A DNA stretch of 64,000 nt from Candidatus Pyrohabitans jungbluthii (GTDB lineage: Archaea > Hydrothermarchaeota > Hydrothermarchaeia > Hydrothermarchaeales > BMS3B): NCBI GenBank assembly GCA_002010065.2, contig MTMD02000002.1:512001-576000 (forward strand), read 5' to 3'. A model generated the notes under the pieces. The model did not search any database. It was not told where the DNA came from and worked only from the letters and a program-made list of their open reading frames with translations. Positions 1 through 9,310 of this stretch are shown one piece after another. A program made the position numbers and the translations under genes. Each line of letters opens with the position of its first letter. Within the stretch, counting starts at the first letter, position 1.

Positions 1-1149
1 AAATGGCATGTCCTCCTGGGGCAGAATTAGGCCCATGACACCCTTCTGCCCGTGCCTCGAAGCGAATTTATCGCCCAGCTCAGGTATTCGCTGGTCGCGC
101 ACGCGTATCTTAACCAGGCGATTTCCATTGGTGTTCTCTGTGAGCATCACCATATCGACGACGCCATCCTCACCATGGCGCACTGTTATCGACGTCTCGC
201 GTCGCTTTTCGCGGATTAAGCCGTACTCGCTCACCTCCTCAAGGAAGCGTGGGGGCGAGGTCTTGCCTATGAGCACATGCCCCGAGCGTACCTCGCTCTC
301 GGGCTCGATTAAACCATCCTCACCCAGGTAGGCGTACGCCTCCTCGTCGCGGTAGCCGCGAATCTCGGGGTCTGGTATCTCAAACACATCCATCTGCCCG
401 CCTGGATAGCGCCGCTCCTCCGCCTCGTAGCTCCTGAAGAAGGTACTCCTAGCTAAGCCTCGCTCTATCGAGGCTTTGTTCATTATGAGCGCATCTTCCA
501 TGTTGTACCCGCAGTAAGAGAGCACAGCCACAACGAAATTCTGCCCTGCGGCACGGGCGTCGTAGCCAATTGCCTCCATTATATCCGTCTTAACCAGGGG
601 CGTCTGAGGGTAATGCAGAAGATGAGCTCGCGTATCTGTGCGGTACCTGAAGTTGGAGGCGTAGAACCCAAGAGCCTGCTTGCTCATACCAGCGCCCATG
701 GTATTTCTCGGAGAGGAGTTGTACTCTGGGAAAGGCAAAATCGAAGTGCAGACACCAAGCATGAGTAGCGGGTCGATTTCAAGGTGGGTGTGCTCCTCTG
801 TAACCTCCTCTGGGGTCATGGCTATGTAAGCGTTCTCCTCCTCCTCTGAGTCGAGGTACTCTATCTTGCCCTGCGCCACGAGGTCGTCGAAGGTGAGTTC
901 TCCCCTTCGAACAGCCTCTATATCCTCCTCTGTGACCAGGGGCTTGCCGTCTTCCACTACTATGAGAGGGCGCCTTGCTCTGCCCTCGTCGGTGTTTATG
1001 TATACCTCCTGAGTATCACTGTAAAAAGCTACATTTGTTTGAGGGGATATCTTACCTTCGCGCCTTGCGCGCTTTATCGCCTCAACCAGAGCAAGAGGGT
1101 CCTCGTGCTTGCCTATGAGGTTTCCATTAACGTAAACATTCGCTTCCAT
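1..1149 (-). CDS. rpoB1: DNA-directed RNA polymerase subunit B' (Rpo2C), N-terminal part, runs off window
   Basis: Not in ORF track. ATG at 1149 abuts the rpoB'' stop; reads [18 protein letters not shown]...[17 protein letters not shown]...[15 protein letters not shown]...[21 protein letters not shown], typical of RpoB'. Confidence 0.96.
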   Translation of the reverse strand, partial: MEANVYVNGNLIGKHEDPLALVEAIKRARREGKISPQTNVAFYSDTQEVYINTDEGRARRPLIVVEDGKPLVTEEDIEAVRRGELTFDDLVAQGKIEYLDSEEEENAYIAMTPEEVTEEHTHLEIDPLLMLGVCTSILPFPEYNSSPRNTMGAGMSKQALGFYASNFRYRTDTRAHLLHYPQTPLVKTDIMEAIGYDARAAGQNFVVAVLSYCGYNMEDALIMNKASIERGLARSTFFRSYEAEERRYPGGQMDVFEIPDPEIRGYRDEEAYAYLGEDGLIEPESEVRSGHVLIGKTSPPRFLEEVSEYGLIREKRRETSITVRHGEDGVVDMVMLTENTNGNRLVKIRVRDQRIPELGDKFASRHGQKGVMGLILPQEDMPF

Positions 1150-2634
1150 CTACAGCCCCTCCTTCTGTATTGGCTTTACCCCTAAATCATAGAGGAAGGG
1201 TATGAGCTCCTTTTCGGGGTAGCCTGTGGAGAACTCGCAGGCAAGGGCTAAGTTCTTCACCAGACCGCAGTTTGGTCCTTCTGGCGTCTCACTTGGGCAT
1301 ATCCTGCCAAACTGCGTTGGGTGCAGGTCTCGCGCCTCGAAGTGAGGCTGCGACCGCGAGAGCGGCGAAACAACGCGGCGAAGATGGGAGACAACGCTTA
1401 GATAATTTGTCCTGTCCAGAAGTTGGCTCACGCCGGCTCTGCCTCCCACCCAGTTTCCTGTAGCCAGAGCGTGGCGTATCCTCTCTGTTAGCACGTCCGC
1501 TCGCACTGCGGTGTGCACACTGGGCTCCTTCCCGCGCACGACTGCACGCTCTAACTGGTATTTTATGTCTCTGGTGAGGTTGTAAAATGCCACGCGGAAC
1601 AGGTCCTCCATTAAATCTCCCGCCAAGCGCAGGCGCTTGTTAGCGTAGTGGTCTTTATCGTCGGGGTCGCGCTTCCCCTGCGCCAGCTCAAGCACGCGCA
1701 GCACCATTCTTCCCAAGTAGTGCGCCTTTCTCAGTCTGTCCTCGGGCTCAACACCTATGTGCGGGAGCAGGTAGCGGTCTATTACCTGCTCCGCCCGCTT
1801 AAGGCGGTACTCCCTTGTTTGCCCGGCGGCGACCTTCTTGCCTATGTACTCCATTGCCATCTCCTTTGTTTTTATCTGGATGTGCTCCTCCAGGTTGAGC
1901 AGTATATCGTGAGTATACGCGGGGTCGTCAGAGATGGTCTCCATTATCTCCTTATCGGTTTCCACTCCCAGGGCGCGCATCAGTATCACCAGGGGGATAC
2001 TCCCAGGCACAGAGGGGAAATTCACCCCAATTAAGCCATCTCTGTCCCTCTCCACTGTCACAAGCGCCCTGAAGCCGCCCCGCCTCGAGAACACCTTCGC
2101 CACTTCTGTTATCTTGGAGTACTCCTCCCCCTTTTCCAGCATTATCTTGTTCGGGGCGAGGTCCTCTATTGTTACAAGCACCCTCTCGGAGCCGTTGACT
2201 ATGAAGTACCCACCAGGGTCGAGGGGGTCTTCGCCAAGAGCGATGAGCTCCTCGTCGCTCTTGCCATAGAGGTTGCATATCTTGGATTTTATCATCGTTG
2301 GAAGCATACCTATCTTAACCCTCTCAAACTCGCCCTCACGCTCCTCCTTGCGCAGCTTCATTTCCAGGTAAACGGGTGAGAAGTAGCTCAGGTTGCGCAG
2401 CCTCGCTTCCATAGGCGTGATCTTATTCCTGGAACCGTCTGCCTCGATAACCTCAGCGGTGTCTACAAAGATGTTACCCAGCTCCACCTCAACGCCCACG
2501 TCCGTCTCAATAATCTTAGTCTCATCCACTATCTCCTGCAGGCGGTTCTCTATGAAGTCGTTAAAGGAGTCTACGTGCTGCCTCACGAGTTCGCGCTTCA
2601 TCAAAAATGACTTTAAAACAGGCTTCCTGTCCAT
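1150..2634 (-). CDS. rpoB2: DNA-directed RNA polymerase subunit B'' (Rpo2N)
   Basis: Motifs DPGGYFIVNGSERV, DDKDHYANKRLRLAG, RDLHPTQFGRICPSETPEGPNCGLVKNLA. Confidence 0.97.
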   Translation of the reverse strand: MDRKPVLKSFLMKRELVRQHVDSFNDFIENRLQEIVDETKIIETDVGVEVELGNIFVDTAEVIEADGSRNKITPMEARLRNLSYFSPVYLEMKLRKEEREGEFERVKIGMLPTMIKSKICNLYGKSDEELIALGEDPLDPGGYFIVNGSERVLVTIEDLAPNKIMLEKGEEYSKITEVAKVFSRRGGFRALVTVERDRDGLIGVNFPSVPGSIPLVILMRALGVETDKEIMETISDDPAYTHDILLNLEEHIQIKTKEMAMEYIGKKVAAGQTREYRLKRAEQVIDRYLLPHIGVEPEDRLRKAHYLGRMVLRVLELAQGKRDPDDKDHYANKRLRLAGDLMEDLFRVAFYNLTRDIKYQLERAVVRGKEPSVHTAVRADVLTERIRHALATGNWVGGRAGVSQLLDRTNYLSVVSHLRRVVSPLSRSQPHFEARDLHPTQFGRICPSETPEGPNCGLVKNLALACEFSTGYPEKELIPFLYDLGVKPIQKEGL

Positions 2635-2646
2635 AACCTACGCCTC

Positions 2647-2886
2647 CTATTCATTAACAACCACGCGGTAGTAAACGCTTTCCCCGGCGGTCTTGCTCTT
2701 CCTGGTAATCTTAATTATGTCCCCTACCTTGGCTTTAATCTTCTGCACCATTGGATCATTCTTCAATATCTTCGGAAGCTGTCCCCTGCTTATGTTCAGC
2801 TCTTCCAAGAGCTTTTTCGCCTCCTCCTCACTCAACACCTCATGCTTTGGCACCAACTCATGCTTGGAAATATCTACCCTTCTCAC
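2647..2886 (-). CDS. rpoH: RNA polymerase subunit H (Rpo5)
   Basis: HELVPKHEVL...QLPKI...DP...GDIIKITRKSKTAGESVYYRVV; canonical position before rpoB''. Confidence 0.97.
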   Translation of the reverse strand: MRRVDISKHELVPKHEVLSEEEAKKLLEELNISRGQLPKILKNDPMVQKIKAKVGDIIKITRKSKTAGESVYYRVVVNE

Positions 2887-2925
2887 ACCACATCACCTTT
2901 TTTAGCAGTACCCCTCGACACCAGC

Positions 2926-3118
2926 CGTCACCCGCAGCAAAGCTGCGGACAACCATAGGTATACGGGCCCGACATGATTCAGAACGCAACCACAGTTGGT
3001 TGCATCCACATACTGCGGTATTTCCCTCCAGTCAATACCGCGATTATTCCCCTCGTGTTTACCCTCATATCCCCGTCGGGGGGGGGTATACCTAAGGGGA
3101 GGGGTATTCCCCTCTCCT
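2926..3118 (-). ncRNA. Putative structured RNA / leader between tRNA-Lys and rpoH
   Basis: Long-range stem 2956-2973 with 3075-3094 encloses hairpins 2986-3003 and 3015-3041; further hairpins at 2932-2948 and 3095-3118. Confidence 0.45.
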
Positions 3119-3125
3119 GGATATG

Positions 3126-3200
3126 CGGGCCCGACGGGATTTGAACCCGCGACTCTCGGCTTAAAAGGCCGATGCTCTAACCAGACTGAGCTACGGGCCC
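3126..3200 (-). tRNA. tRNA-Lys(UUU)
   Basis: Reverse complement GGGCCCGTAGCTCAGTCTGGTTAGAGCATCGGCCTTTTAAGCCGAGAGTCGCGGGTTCAAATCCCGTCGGGCCCG; cloverleaf, anticodon TTT. Confidence 0.96.
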
Positions 3201-3361
3201 TCTCAGCGTTACCCGGAAGCGGAGCTTCCAGTGTGACGTAGTTACCCGCAGCAAAGCTACGGGTGACTAAATTACCCGAAACATTACCAATAGAAAAATC
3301 GCTGTTCCGTGCAAATCTTCCCTCGCTCATTTCGTGCTACCTCATTTATGGAAAGGAAAAA

Positions 3362-3436
3362 CGCCCTGGTCGGGATTTGAACCCGAGTCACAGGAGTGAC
3401 AGTCCTGTATGATAGGCCGAGCTACACCACCAGGGC
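3362..3436 (-). tRNA. tRNA-Asp(GUC)
   Basis: Reverse complement GCCCTGGTGGTGTAGCTCGGCCTATCATACAGGACTGTCACTCCTGTGACTCGGGTTCAAATCCCGACCAGGGCG; anticodon GTC. Confidence 0.96.
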
Positions 3437-3494
3437 GTGGTGAGATTACATTCACTTTCACTCCTGCTGCTCTGTCAAAAGGGTGAGGATGAGT

Positions 3495-3619
3495 GGGCTG
3501 GCGGCGTCCCCGGCTTCCCGAGGGCTCTCGCACCTCAGTACCACCGGGATCGCTGGAGGACTTTACTTCCGTGTTCGGATGGGAACGGGTGTGGCCCCTC
3601 CGCTGTGGCCGCCATACCC
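3495..3619 (-). rRNA. rrf: 5S rRNA
   Basis: Reverse complement GGCGGCCACAGCGGAGGGGCCACACCCGTTCCCATCCGAACACGGAAGTAAAG...GTACTG...GGGAA...CGCCGCCA matches the archaeal 5S pattern; ends approximate. Confidence 0.95.
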
Positions 3620-3735
3620 TGTGCGATTGCTGTGCAATCGCCTCCGTGGTATTTAAATTTTGCGCTGACAAAATTTCCGATTATCCTTTACACGAGATAA
3701 CCTATGTAAATATTATGGTAATGCATTCGTGTGCA

Positions 3736-4284
3736 TCACAATATGAATACCGCTGCTGCTACCACGGTGGTCCACTTTCCGTCCTGAGCCACCACAGCGC
3801 TCTGGGTGACATTGAAGGTCTTGACAATCTTCCCGCTCATCATAAAGATATCCTTGCGTTCGTCGTAGTCCCTATCGGGGTCGAAGTCGATGCCCAGCGT
3901 CGTAGCCAGCATAGTCGCCGCCAAATCTTCGGCGTATTCGCCAGCCTCTTTCTCACTCTGCCCGAAGCTGTGGTGCTCGCTCAGGTAGCCGTACACGTTC
4001 CTGTCCTTTGGCACTGCGCATCCCACGGAGGCAGAGATCAAGCGGTGGGGTTCGTTGCTTGCATTCTCGCTCAGGACGCAGAAGACTATCTCACCTGGGC
4101 TCAACTCCTTTAACCCTTCTTCTCTGGGTACAATCTCGCAGTGAGGCGGGAGTATACTGGAGACGCGAACCAAATTGAACTTCTCTATGCCCGCGTCGCG
4201 AAGAGCCATCTCAAATGAAGAGAGCCTCTCCCTGTGTCTGCCCACGCCACTGGTGAAAAACACTTTACGAGGAATCATTCTCAT
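3736..4284 (-). CDS. pdaD: Pyruvoyl-dependent arginine decarboxylase
   Basis: [25 protein letters not shown] (SS self-cleavage site), [17 protein letters not shown]. Confidence 0.92.
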   Translation of the reverse strand: MRMIPRKVFFTSGVGRHRERLSSFEMALRDAGIEKFNLVRVSSILPPHCEIVPREEGLKELSPGEIVFCVLSENASNEPHRLISASVGCAVPKDRNVYGYLSEHHSFGQSEKEAGEYAEDLAATMLATTLGIDFDPDRDYDERKDIFMMSGKIVKTFNVTQSAVVAQDGKWTTVVAAAVFIL

Positions 4285-4353
4285 GCAGAGTCGCTTAGTT
4301 TTCTAACATGTGCAGAAATTTAAAATTGAAAAGTTTTTAAAATTGAAAAAGCG

Positions 4354-4782
4354 TTAAGGCACAGGATAGCCTGCGCGCTGCCAAGCTACTATTCCGCCTT
4401 TAAGGTAGTAAACGTTGGTGTAGCCGAGCTCATACAATGCTTTAATCGCCGGAAAGCTCATGGGGCCTGTTTTGCAGTACACCACTATCTTGGTTGACTT
4501 GTCCTTTGGCAGCCTATCTGCATAGCGCTTTATCTGGTTGTAGGGTATGAAGGCGTCTGTGCCCCGTATGTGGGTCTGCTCCGGTATGTGGACATCCAGC
4601 AGAAAGATATCCTCGCCGCTGTCCAGCATCGCCTTTAACTCCTGCGGGGTTATTCCCCGGTACTCTACCTTCACCACCTGGGGTGCCTGCGTCACCTGAA
4701 CTTGCGTGCTCGCCTCTTTCTGAGCGCAGCCCGCGAAGAGCAAAAGAGCCGCCAGCAGAATAATACCCACTATTCTGTTCAT
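4354..4782 (-). CDS. Rhodanese-domain lipoprotein
   Basis: Lipobox LFAGC; LLDV..PE..HI.G; active-site YCKTG; YLKGGIVAW. Confidence 0.85.
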   Translation of the reverse strand: MNRIVGIILLAALLLFAGCAQKEASTQVQVTQAPQVVKVEYRGITPQELKAMLDSGEDIFLLDVHIPEQTHIRGTDAFIPYNQIKRYADRLPKDKSTKIVVYCKTGPMSFPAIKALYELGYTNVYYLKGGIVAWQRAGYPVP

Positions 4783-4816
4783 ACCTGTGTATCACCTTTT
4801 AACATCATATGAATAT

Positions 4817-5488
4817 TTAGAAACCCCGCCTGTATATCTCCCTGCTCAGGTACATGAATGGCGTGTCGAGGGCGGCTATAGCTAGCTTGACCACATACTG
4901 CCCCAGAATCATACCAGAGATGGGAAAAACTCCGTAGAAGGCGATGGTTATGAAAAGCGAGGTGTCTATAAACTGCGACACCATTGTGGAGGCATTATTC
5001 CTGAGCCACAGGTACTTGCCACCTGTCTTCTGCTTCCAGAAGTGAAACGCAATGACGTCGAAGTGCTGCGAGACTAAATAGGCGAGCATTGAAGCTAAGA
5101 CTATCCGCGGCACAAGGGAGAAGAGCGTCTCGAAGGCTTCCTGATGCTGCCAGAAGGGCGCAGGAGGTAAGTGCACCGCAACAGCGATTACCGCCACTAG
5201 GATAACATTCGCATAGAAGCCTGCCCACACAGCGCGGTGCGCCTCGCGCTTTGAGTAGAACTCTGAGAGCATATCCGTCAGGAGGAAAGTTACGGAGTAG
5301 GCTACAACCGCCGCTGGTACAGCGAAGCCAGCGATGGTGGTTATCTTCACCGCAGTTATATTTGCGATAACCACAAGTGCCGCGAACGTCGCAACGAGAA
5401 AGTCGCTGCTCCTGGTGCGCTTGGCTATGTAGCTTGCCGCCACACAGAAAGAGAGGATGAGCAGAGCCCAGGCTGCGAAGACGAGCAT
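4817..5488 (-). CDS. Queuosine/archaeosine precursor (preQ0) transporter, YhhQ/VUT family
   Basis: ANITAVK, TFLLTDMLSEFY, RIVLASMLAYLVSQHFDV, LWLRNNASTMVSQFIDT. Confidence 0.88.
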   Translation of the reverse strand: MLVFAAWALLILSFCVAASYIAKRTRSSDFLVATFAALVVIANITAVKITTIAGFAVPAAVVAYSVTFLLTDMLSEFYSKREAHRAVWAGFYANVILVAVIAVAVHLPPAPFWQHQEAFETLFSLVPRIVLASMLAYLVSQHFDVIAFHFWKQKTGGKYLWLRNNASTMVSQFIDTSLFITIAFYGVFPISGMILGQYVVKLAIAALDTPFMYLSREIYRRGF

Positions 5489-5745
5489 GTGGAATATTCA
5501 ACGCTTGGAGGTTATATCTTTTACTGACGCTCCTGAGAAACAGGCTATGCACTATACAACGGCATAAATGCATCGCCTTCGAAAGAATCGTCAGCTTAAT
5601 TTCAGGGTTGTATGAAACTGCAGGAAAGCTGGAAAAATGGATAAAGAAGACATTAAAAGCTCCGAGAGGAGCTGAGCTCTCTCTGAGATAAAACGCTAGG
5701 CGTACTACTCTACGGCTCGGTGGCGAGGGGTGAATACTACTGACT

Positions 5746-6612
5746 TTATAGGGAGGAGAAGAGGAGGTAAGCTAAAAACACGCATGCCAAGTGGGCATTG
5801 CTGAGCCTGAACAGGCTAAGCTGTAGCGCGGGGGAATAGCTGCGATACGCTCGAAGGCACAGCCTGAGCAGTGGATAGGAGAGTAGCCCAAATATTGTAA
5901 GCGCAACAAGAGTTGCCTCGCTTGTGAGGAAGAGTAAAAGTGCATCGAAGAGGTAGAGGAGAGCGAAGAGAATTATGAGCTTGTGCACCCTCTGGCTCCT
6001 CTCCACCACCGGGAGCATGGGAACGCCAGCCCTGCGGTAGTCATTGCTGTAGAAAATCGCAAGACTCCATATGTGCACAGGAGTCCAGAAAATTATCAGC
6101 AGAGCAAGAAGTAAAGACTCAAGGGAGAGAAACTCACCTGTCATAGCTGAGTATGCCCCAAGCACCGGGGCAGCGCCTCCAGGCGAGGCGATGAGCACAT
6201 TCCATGGCGTCGCCCTCTTGAGCTTCCAGTTGTAGCTCAGTACCATTGCAGAGCCGAGCACGCCCCAGAAGGTGACGTATGGGTTTAGAAGGAAGGTTAT
6301 ACCCAAGCCAGAGAGAAGCAGCATAGCGCCAAAGTATAGAGCCTGCCTTTCACTCACCGTTCCGCGAGGTAAAGGTCTCTGCCTGGTACGCTTCATCACC
6401 CCGTCTATATCCCTGTCCAGATAGCAGGTTAGAGTGTTTGTTCCCGCGACAGTGAGGAGCACGCTGAGCAGGAGAATTAATAACGTTGAGAGCGAGGGCT
6501 GCTTGAGATGAAGGGCCAAGCCTTCAACAAGGGCTGTAAAAAAAAGCAAAAAGAGAAGCCTGGGCTTTGTTAGTTCAATGTAGCCCAGGAGCTTATTCGA
6601 GGTGGTGCCCAT
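5746..6612 (-). CDS. cyoE: Protoheme IX prenyltransferase (heme O synthase)
   Basis: LTKPR, DRDIDGVMKRTRQRPLP, FWTPVHIWSLA, DYRRAGVPMLPV; overlaps norB stop. Confidence 0.92.
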   Translation of the reverse strand: MGTTSNKLLGYIELTKPRLLFLLFFTALVEGLALHLKQPSLSTLLILLLSVLLTVAGTNTLTCYLDRDIDGVMKRTRQRPLPRGTVSERQALYFGAMLLLSGLGITFLLNPYVTFWGVLGSAMVLSYNWKLKRATPWNVLIASPGGAAPVLGAYSAMTGEFLSLESLLLALLIIFWTPVHIWSLAIFYSNDYRRAGVPMLPVVERSQRVHKLIILFALLYLFDALLLFLTSEATLVALTIFGLLSYPLLRLCLRAYRSYSPALQLSLFRLSNAHLACVFLAYLLFSSL

Positions 6613-8227
6613 ACTCTATGCCTCTTGCCAGCTTTCCTGCCATGAGCGTCGCTGTTATGGCTAAGCCTATGTATGCCACTGCAACCAGAGTGTAGGGTAT
6701 CCACAGCTTCTTGAACGTCAACACGCTCTCTGAGGAGAAGCTCCACAGCCCTGTGGTGCCAATGAGAGAGAGAAGCACTGATACAACGACGAGCGTCGAG
6801 AAGCCTTTGAAGGTGTTGAAGTAGCTCTTCTCTATCTTCGGCGGTGTGTATGGGTCCTCCGGTACTGGGAAGAGCAGGTGCCTGAACACGCTGGCTGCGA
6901 AGTATAGGTAGCCCACGAAGACTATCGCGCCGCCTATGATTATGCCCGGAACGAAGGGGAATCTTGCGGCAAGCACTGATTGCCAGGGTTCACCCAGTAT
7001 CCAATAGTGGTATATCTGCACAGTTCCTGCTAAGCCAAAGCTCGTAGCGAGGATCACCTGACCCACGAACATGAACCAGAAGGCTTTCTTGCCCCAGTCC
7101 ACGAAGGTCCTGTCTATGGGCTTGCCCACTAAGTCGGGAAGGGCGAAGTACAGCAGCGCTATGGCACCCATGGCGAATGCCATCATACACTCATGTCCGT
7201 GCGAAGGCGTAACCCAGGTGCCGTGCTCCCACCAGTTTGTCCACGGCCAGGTCTGCATCAAGCCAAGCAATGAGACGCCCACGAAGCCGAAGATGAGTAT
7301 GCCCACCATGAAGTACAGGCTTGGGATGTTGACAAAGGGTTGCTTGAGCTCCCTTGCTATCTTCAGCGACTCTATCGCCATTAACGCAAGAGGCACTATC
7401 TCCAGGACGCTGATTACACCGCCCAGCATTATCCAGAAAGTGGGCGTACCAATCCAGAAGTAGTGGTGTCCCTGACCTATTATGCCTGAGGTTGCAGCCA
7501 AGACAACGTCGTAGAAGATATACTTGTCCACTATCTTGCGCACCCTGGGATCTGGGATAATCAGCATCAGCACCAGGCCAATTGCTCCAGCGTAGGCTAT
7601 CTCCAGGCTTCCCTCAACCCAGTAGTGGACTGTCCACCACCTGAAGTACTCGCTGGTCGGGATGCTCTTGAAGAAGATATTCCCTGGAATGTACAGGAAG
7701 AAGGTTCCAGCGGCGCCTATCACCAGAGCCCACAGTGCCAAAGGCCACTTGCGCGGCGAGGGCAGCGTTTTCAGCACCACTAAAGCTACGATGAGGAAGC
7801 CCACGAAGACGAGCACGTCCCACAGTCTGCCCGCCTCAACGTACTCTTTACCCTCGTAGAGCAGCGGCTGATTAAAAGCCCAGATGTTGCTGCCGTTCTG
7901 CATTAAAGGCAGCGTGACGAATATGCCGATTACCACCAGCACCAGTACCGCGGCAAGGAACTTAACCAGGCCCTGACCCCAGAGTTCACGCTCACCCAGA
8001 ATTGGCGTTACATAGAACACCGCCGCGAAGGTGGCTGCGAAGAGCCAGAATATCAGCGCGTTGAGGTGGTAGGCTCTGATAAGGTTGAAGTTTGCTATGC
8101 CCGAGAGCACGTCCGGCGATATGTAGTACAGCGCCAGCAATCCGCCTGCGATGAGCTGCACCAGAAAGAGCACAAGCGCTACCGCCGCAAAGGGGAGGGC
8201 AAGCTTCTGACTCTGATATTTAACCAT
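6593..8227 (-). CDS. norB: Nitric oxide reductase large subunit (heme-copper oxidase superfamily, cNOR NorB-like)
   Basis: RAYHLN, GKEYVE, WWTVHYWVEGSLE, GHHYFWIG, SVLEIVP, HGH; NOR-type glutamates, no oxidase cross-link Tyr at H+4. Confidence 0.85.
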   Translation of the reverse strand: MVKYQSQKLALPFAAVALVLFLVQLIAGGLLALYYISPDVLSGIANFNLIRAYHLNALIFWLFAATFAAVFYVTPILGERELWGQGLVKFLAAVLVLVVIGIFVTLPLMQNGSNIWAFNQPLLYEGKEYVEAGRLWDVLVFVGFLIVALVVLKTLPSPRKWPLALWALVIGAAGTFFLYIPGNIFFKSIPTSEYFRWWTVHYWVEGSLEIAYAGAIGLVLMLIIPDPRVRKIVDKYIFYDVVLAATSGIIGQGHHYFWIGTPTFWIMLGGVISVLEIVPLALMAIESLKIARELKQPFVNIPSLYFMVGILIFGFVGVSLLGLMQTWPWTNWWEHGTWVTPSHGHECMMAFAMGAIALLYFALPDLVGKPIDRTFVDWGKKAFWFMFVGQVILATSFGLAGTVQIYHYWILGEPWQSVLAARFPFVPGIIIGGAIVFVGYLYFAASVFRHLLFPVPEDPYTPPKIEKSYFNTFKGFSTLVVVSVLLSLIGTTGLWSFSSESVLTFKKLWIPYTLVAVAYIGLAITATLMAGKLARGIEYGHHLE

Positions 8228-8232
8228 TCACA

Positions 8233-8898
8233 TCACCCCCTTGCATACCAGTACAGGAAGCTGTATACCAGGAAAACCGTGAAAACCATCGTAAGCACCC
8301 AGTACACTGCCCAGGCATCGAAGCTCTCGTACCAGCGCACAGTGTTCTTGTCGAAGCTGCTGGCAAAGCTGAAGTCGTTTGCCTTCATCGGGGGCCAGTT
8401 GTTGGTGTTGAGGTCGCGCAGGTACAGCATCCACGCTGTTAGCGCATCCTTCTGCCTGTCGCTGAGCTGGAATGGCATGAACTTCGTGCCCGTGTAGGCG
8501 TCTATGACACTCCTGATCTTATCTGCATCACCCGCCTTTCTGGCGCTGTAGACCAGCTCAGGGGCATAGTACGCTCCATTCCCTACGATAGTATGGCATC
8601 CCATGCAGTTGTAGTCTATGGCAACTCGCCACCCTTCGACGGCGTCAACGCCATTGTAGGTCACCTGCTCCGGCGAGGGATTGCGCTTGGCCTCTGTCAT
8701 GTCTATCGATAGTGGTGTTAAAATCACCACTATCGCTATGGAAAAAAGAACCATGAACTTCCCTAGCCGGGCGTAGGGTATCTCTTCCGCCTCTGCGCGC
8801 TTGGCTTTCCTTGCATAGTATGCATAGAGCGCAAGCGCCACTAAAATTCCTCCTATAAAGGAGGAGAAAAACAGTTTCTCATACATGAGGGCTGACAT
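8233..8898 (-). CDS. norC: Nitric oxide reductase cytochrome c subunit (NorC-like) with extra TM helices
   Basis: NCMGCHTIVGNGAYYAPEL, MP, NTNNWPP; probable ATG at 8898 after GGTGG. Confidence 0.85.
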   Translation of the reverse strand: MSALMYEKLFFSSFIGGILVALALYAYYARKAKRAEAEEIPYARLGKFMVLFSIAIVVILTPLSIDMTEAKRNPSPEQVTYNGVDAVEGWRVAIDYNCMGCHTIVGNGAYYAPELVYSARKAGDADKIRSVIDAYTGTKFMPFQLSDRQKDALTAWMLYLRDLNTNNWPPMKANDFSFASSFDKNTVRWYESFDAWAVYWVLTMVFTVFLVYSFLYWYARG

Positions 8899-9310
8899 TT
8901 TACCACCCAAGTCTTCATATAGAAGATAAACTTAAGTCTTTTATTGCGAACATGTTCAAAAATTAAATTTATTTATACAATATTATAAAATTAAATTGAA
9001 AAGTTAGAAATATACCTAACATTTTTCTATAATAATTTGCTAAGATATATAATACTGCCTTTTTCAAAAGTGTTGTAAATGTAAACGTGTGTCAGGCCAC
9101 ATCTTCTTTATCAAGGTGTCTAGCTGCGTCTCTTTCAGGCTATTAAATAAAATTAAATTATAAATAAATTCAACCACTTTTTATAACACTGAGATATAAG
9201 GCTTCTCACTTTGTTTGCGTGCGAAACCATTTTCTGCCTCTCAGGCTATATACTGTCTGGCAGTAGGAGATGCTATGCGCATCTAAGCAACAATCAACCC
9301 TTTACTAGGA

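Noticed and set aside
2961-2970. 9-bp match to the tRNA-Lys 5' end as an att site
   Set aside because: Too short, no integrase nearby, and part of a stem.
2902-3700. ORFs 2902-3330, 3342-3671, 3437-3700 and similar
   Set aside because: They overlap tRNA-Lys, tRNA-Asp and 5S rRNA; spurious.
4318-4352. Repeat TAAAATTGAAAA x2
   Set aside because: Explained by a T-rich terminator or promoter on the minus strand; only two copies, not a CRISPR array.
6593-8227. Call as cytochrome c oxidase subunit I because cyoE is adjacent
   Set aside because: HYWVEG lacks the oxidase HPxVY Tyr and retains NOR glutamates; the partner is NorC-like.
8911-9310. Palindrome GAACATGTTC (8948-8957) upstream of norC as an NO-responsive operator
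   Set aside because: A single 10-bp palindrome with no second copy or adjacent regulator; too weak.
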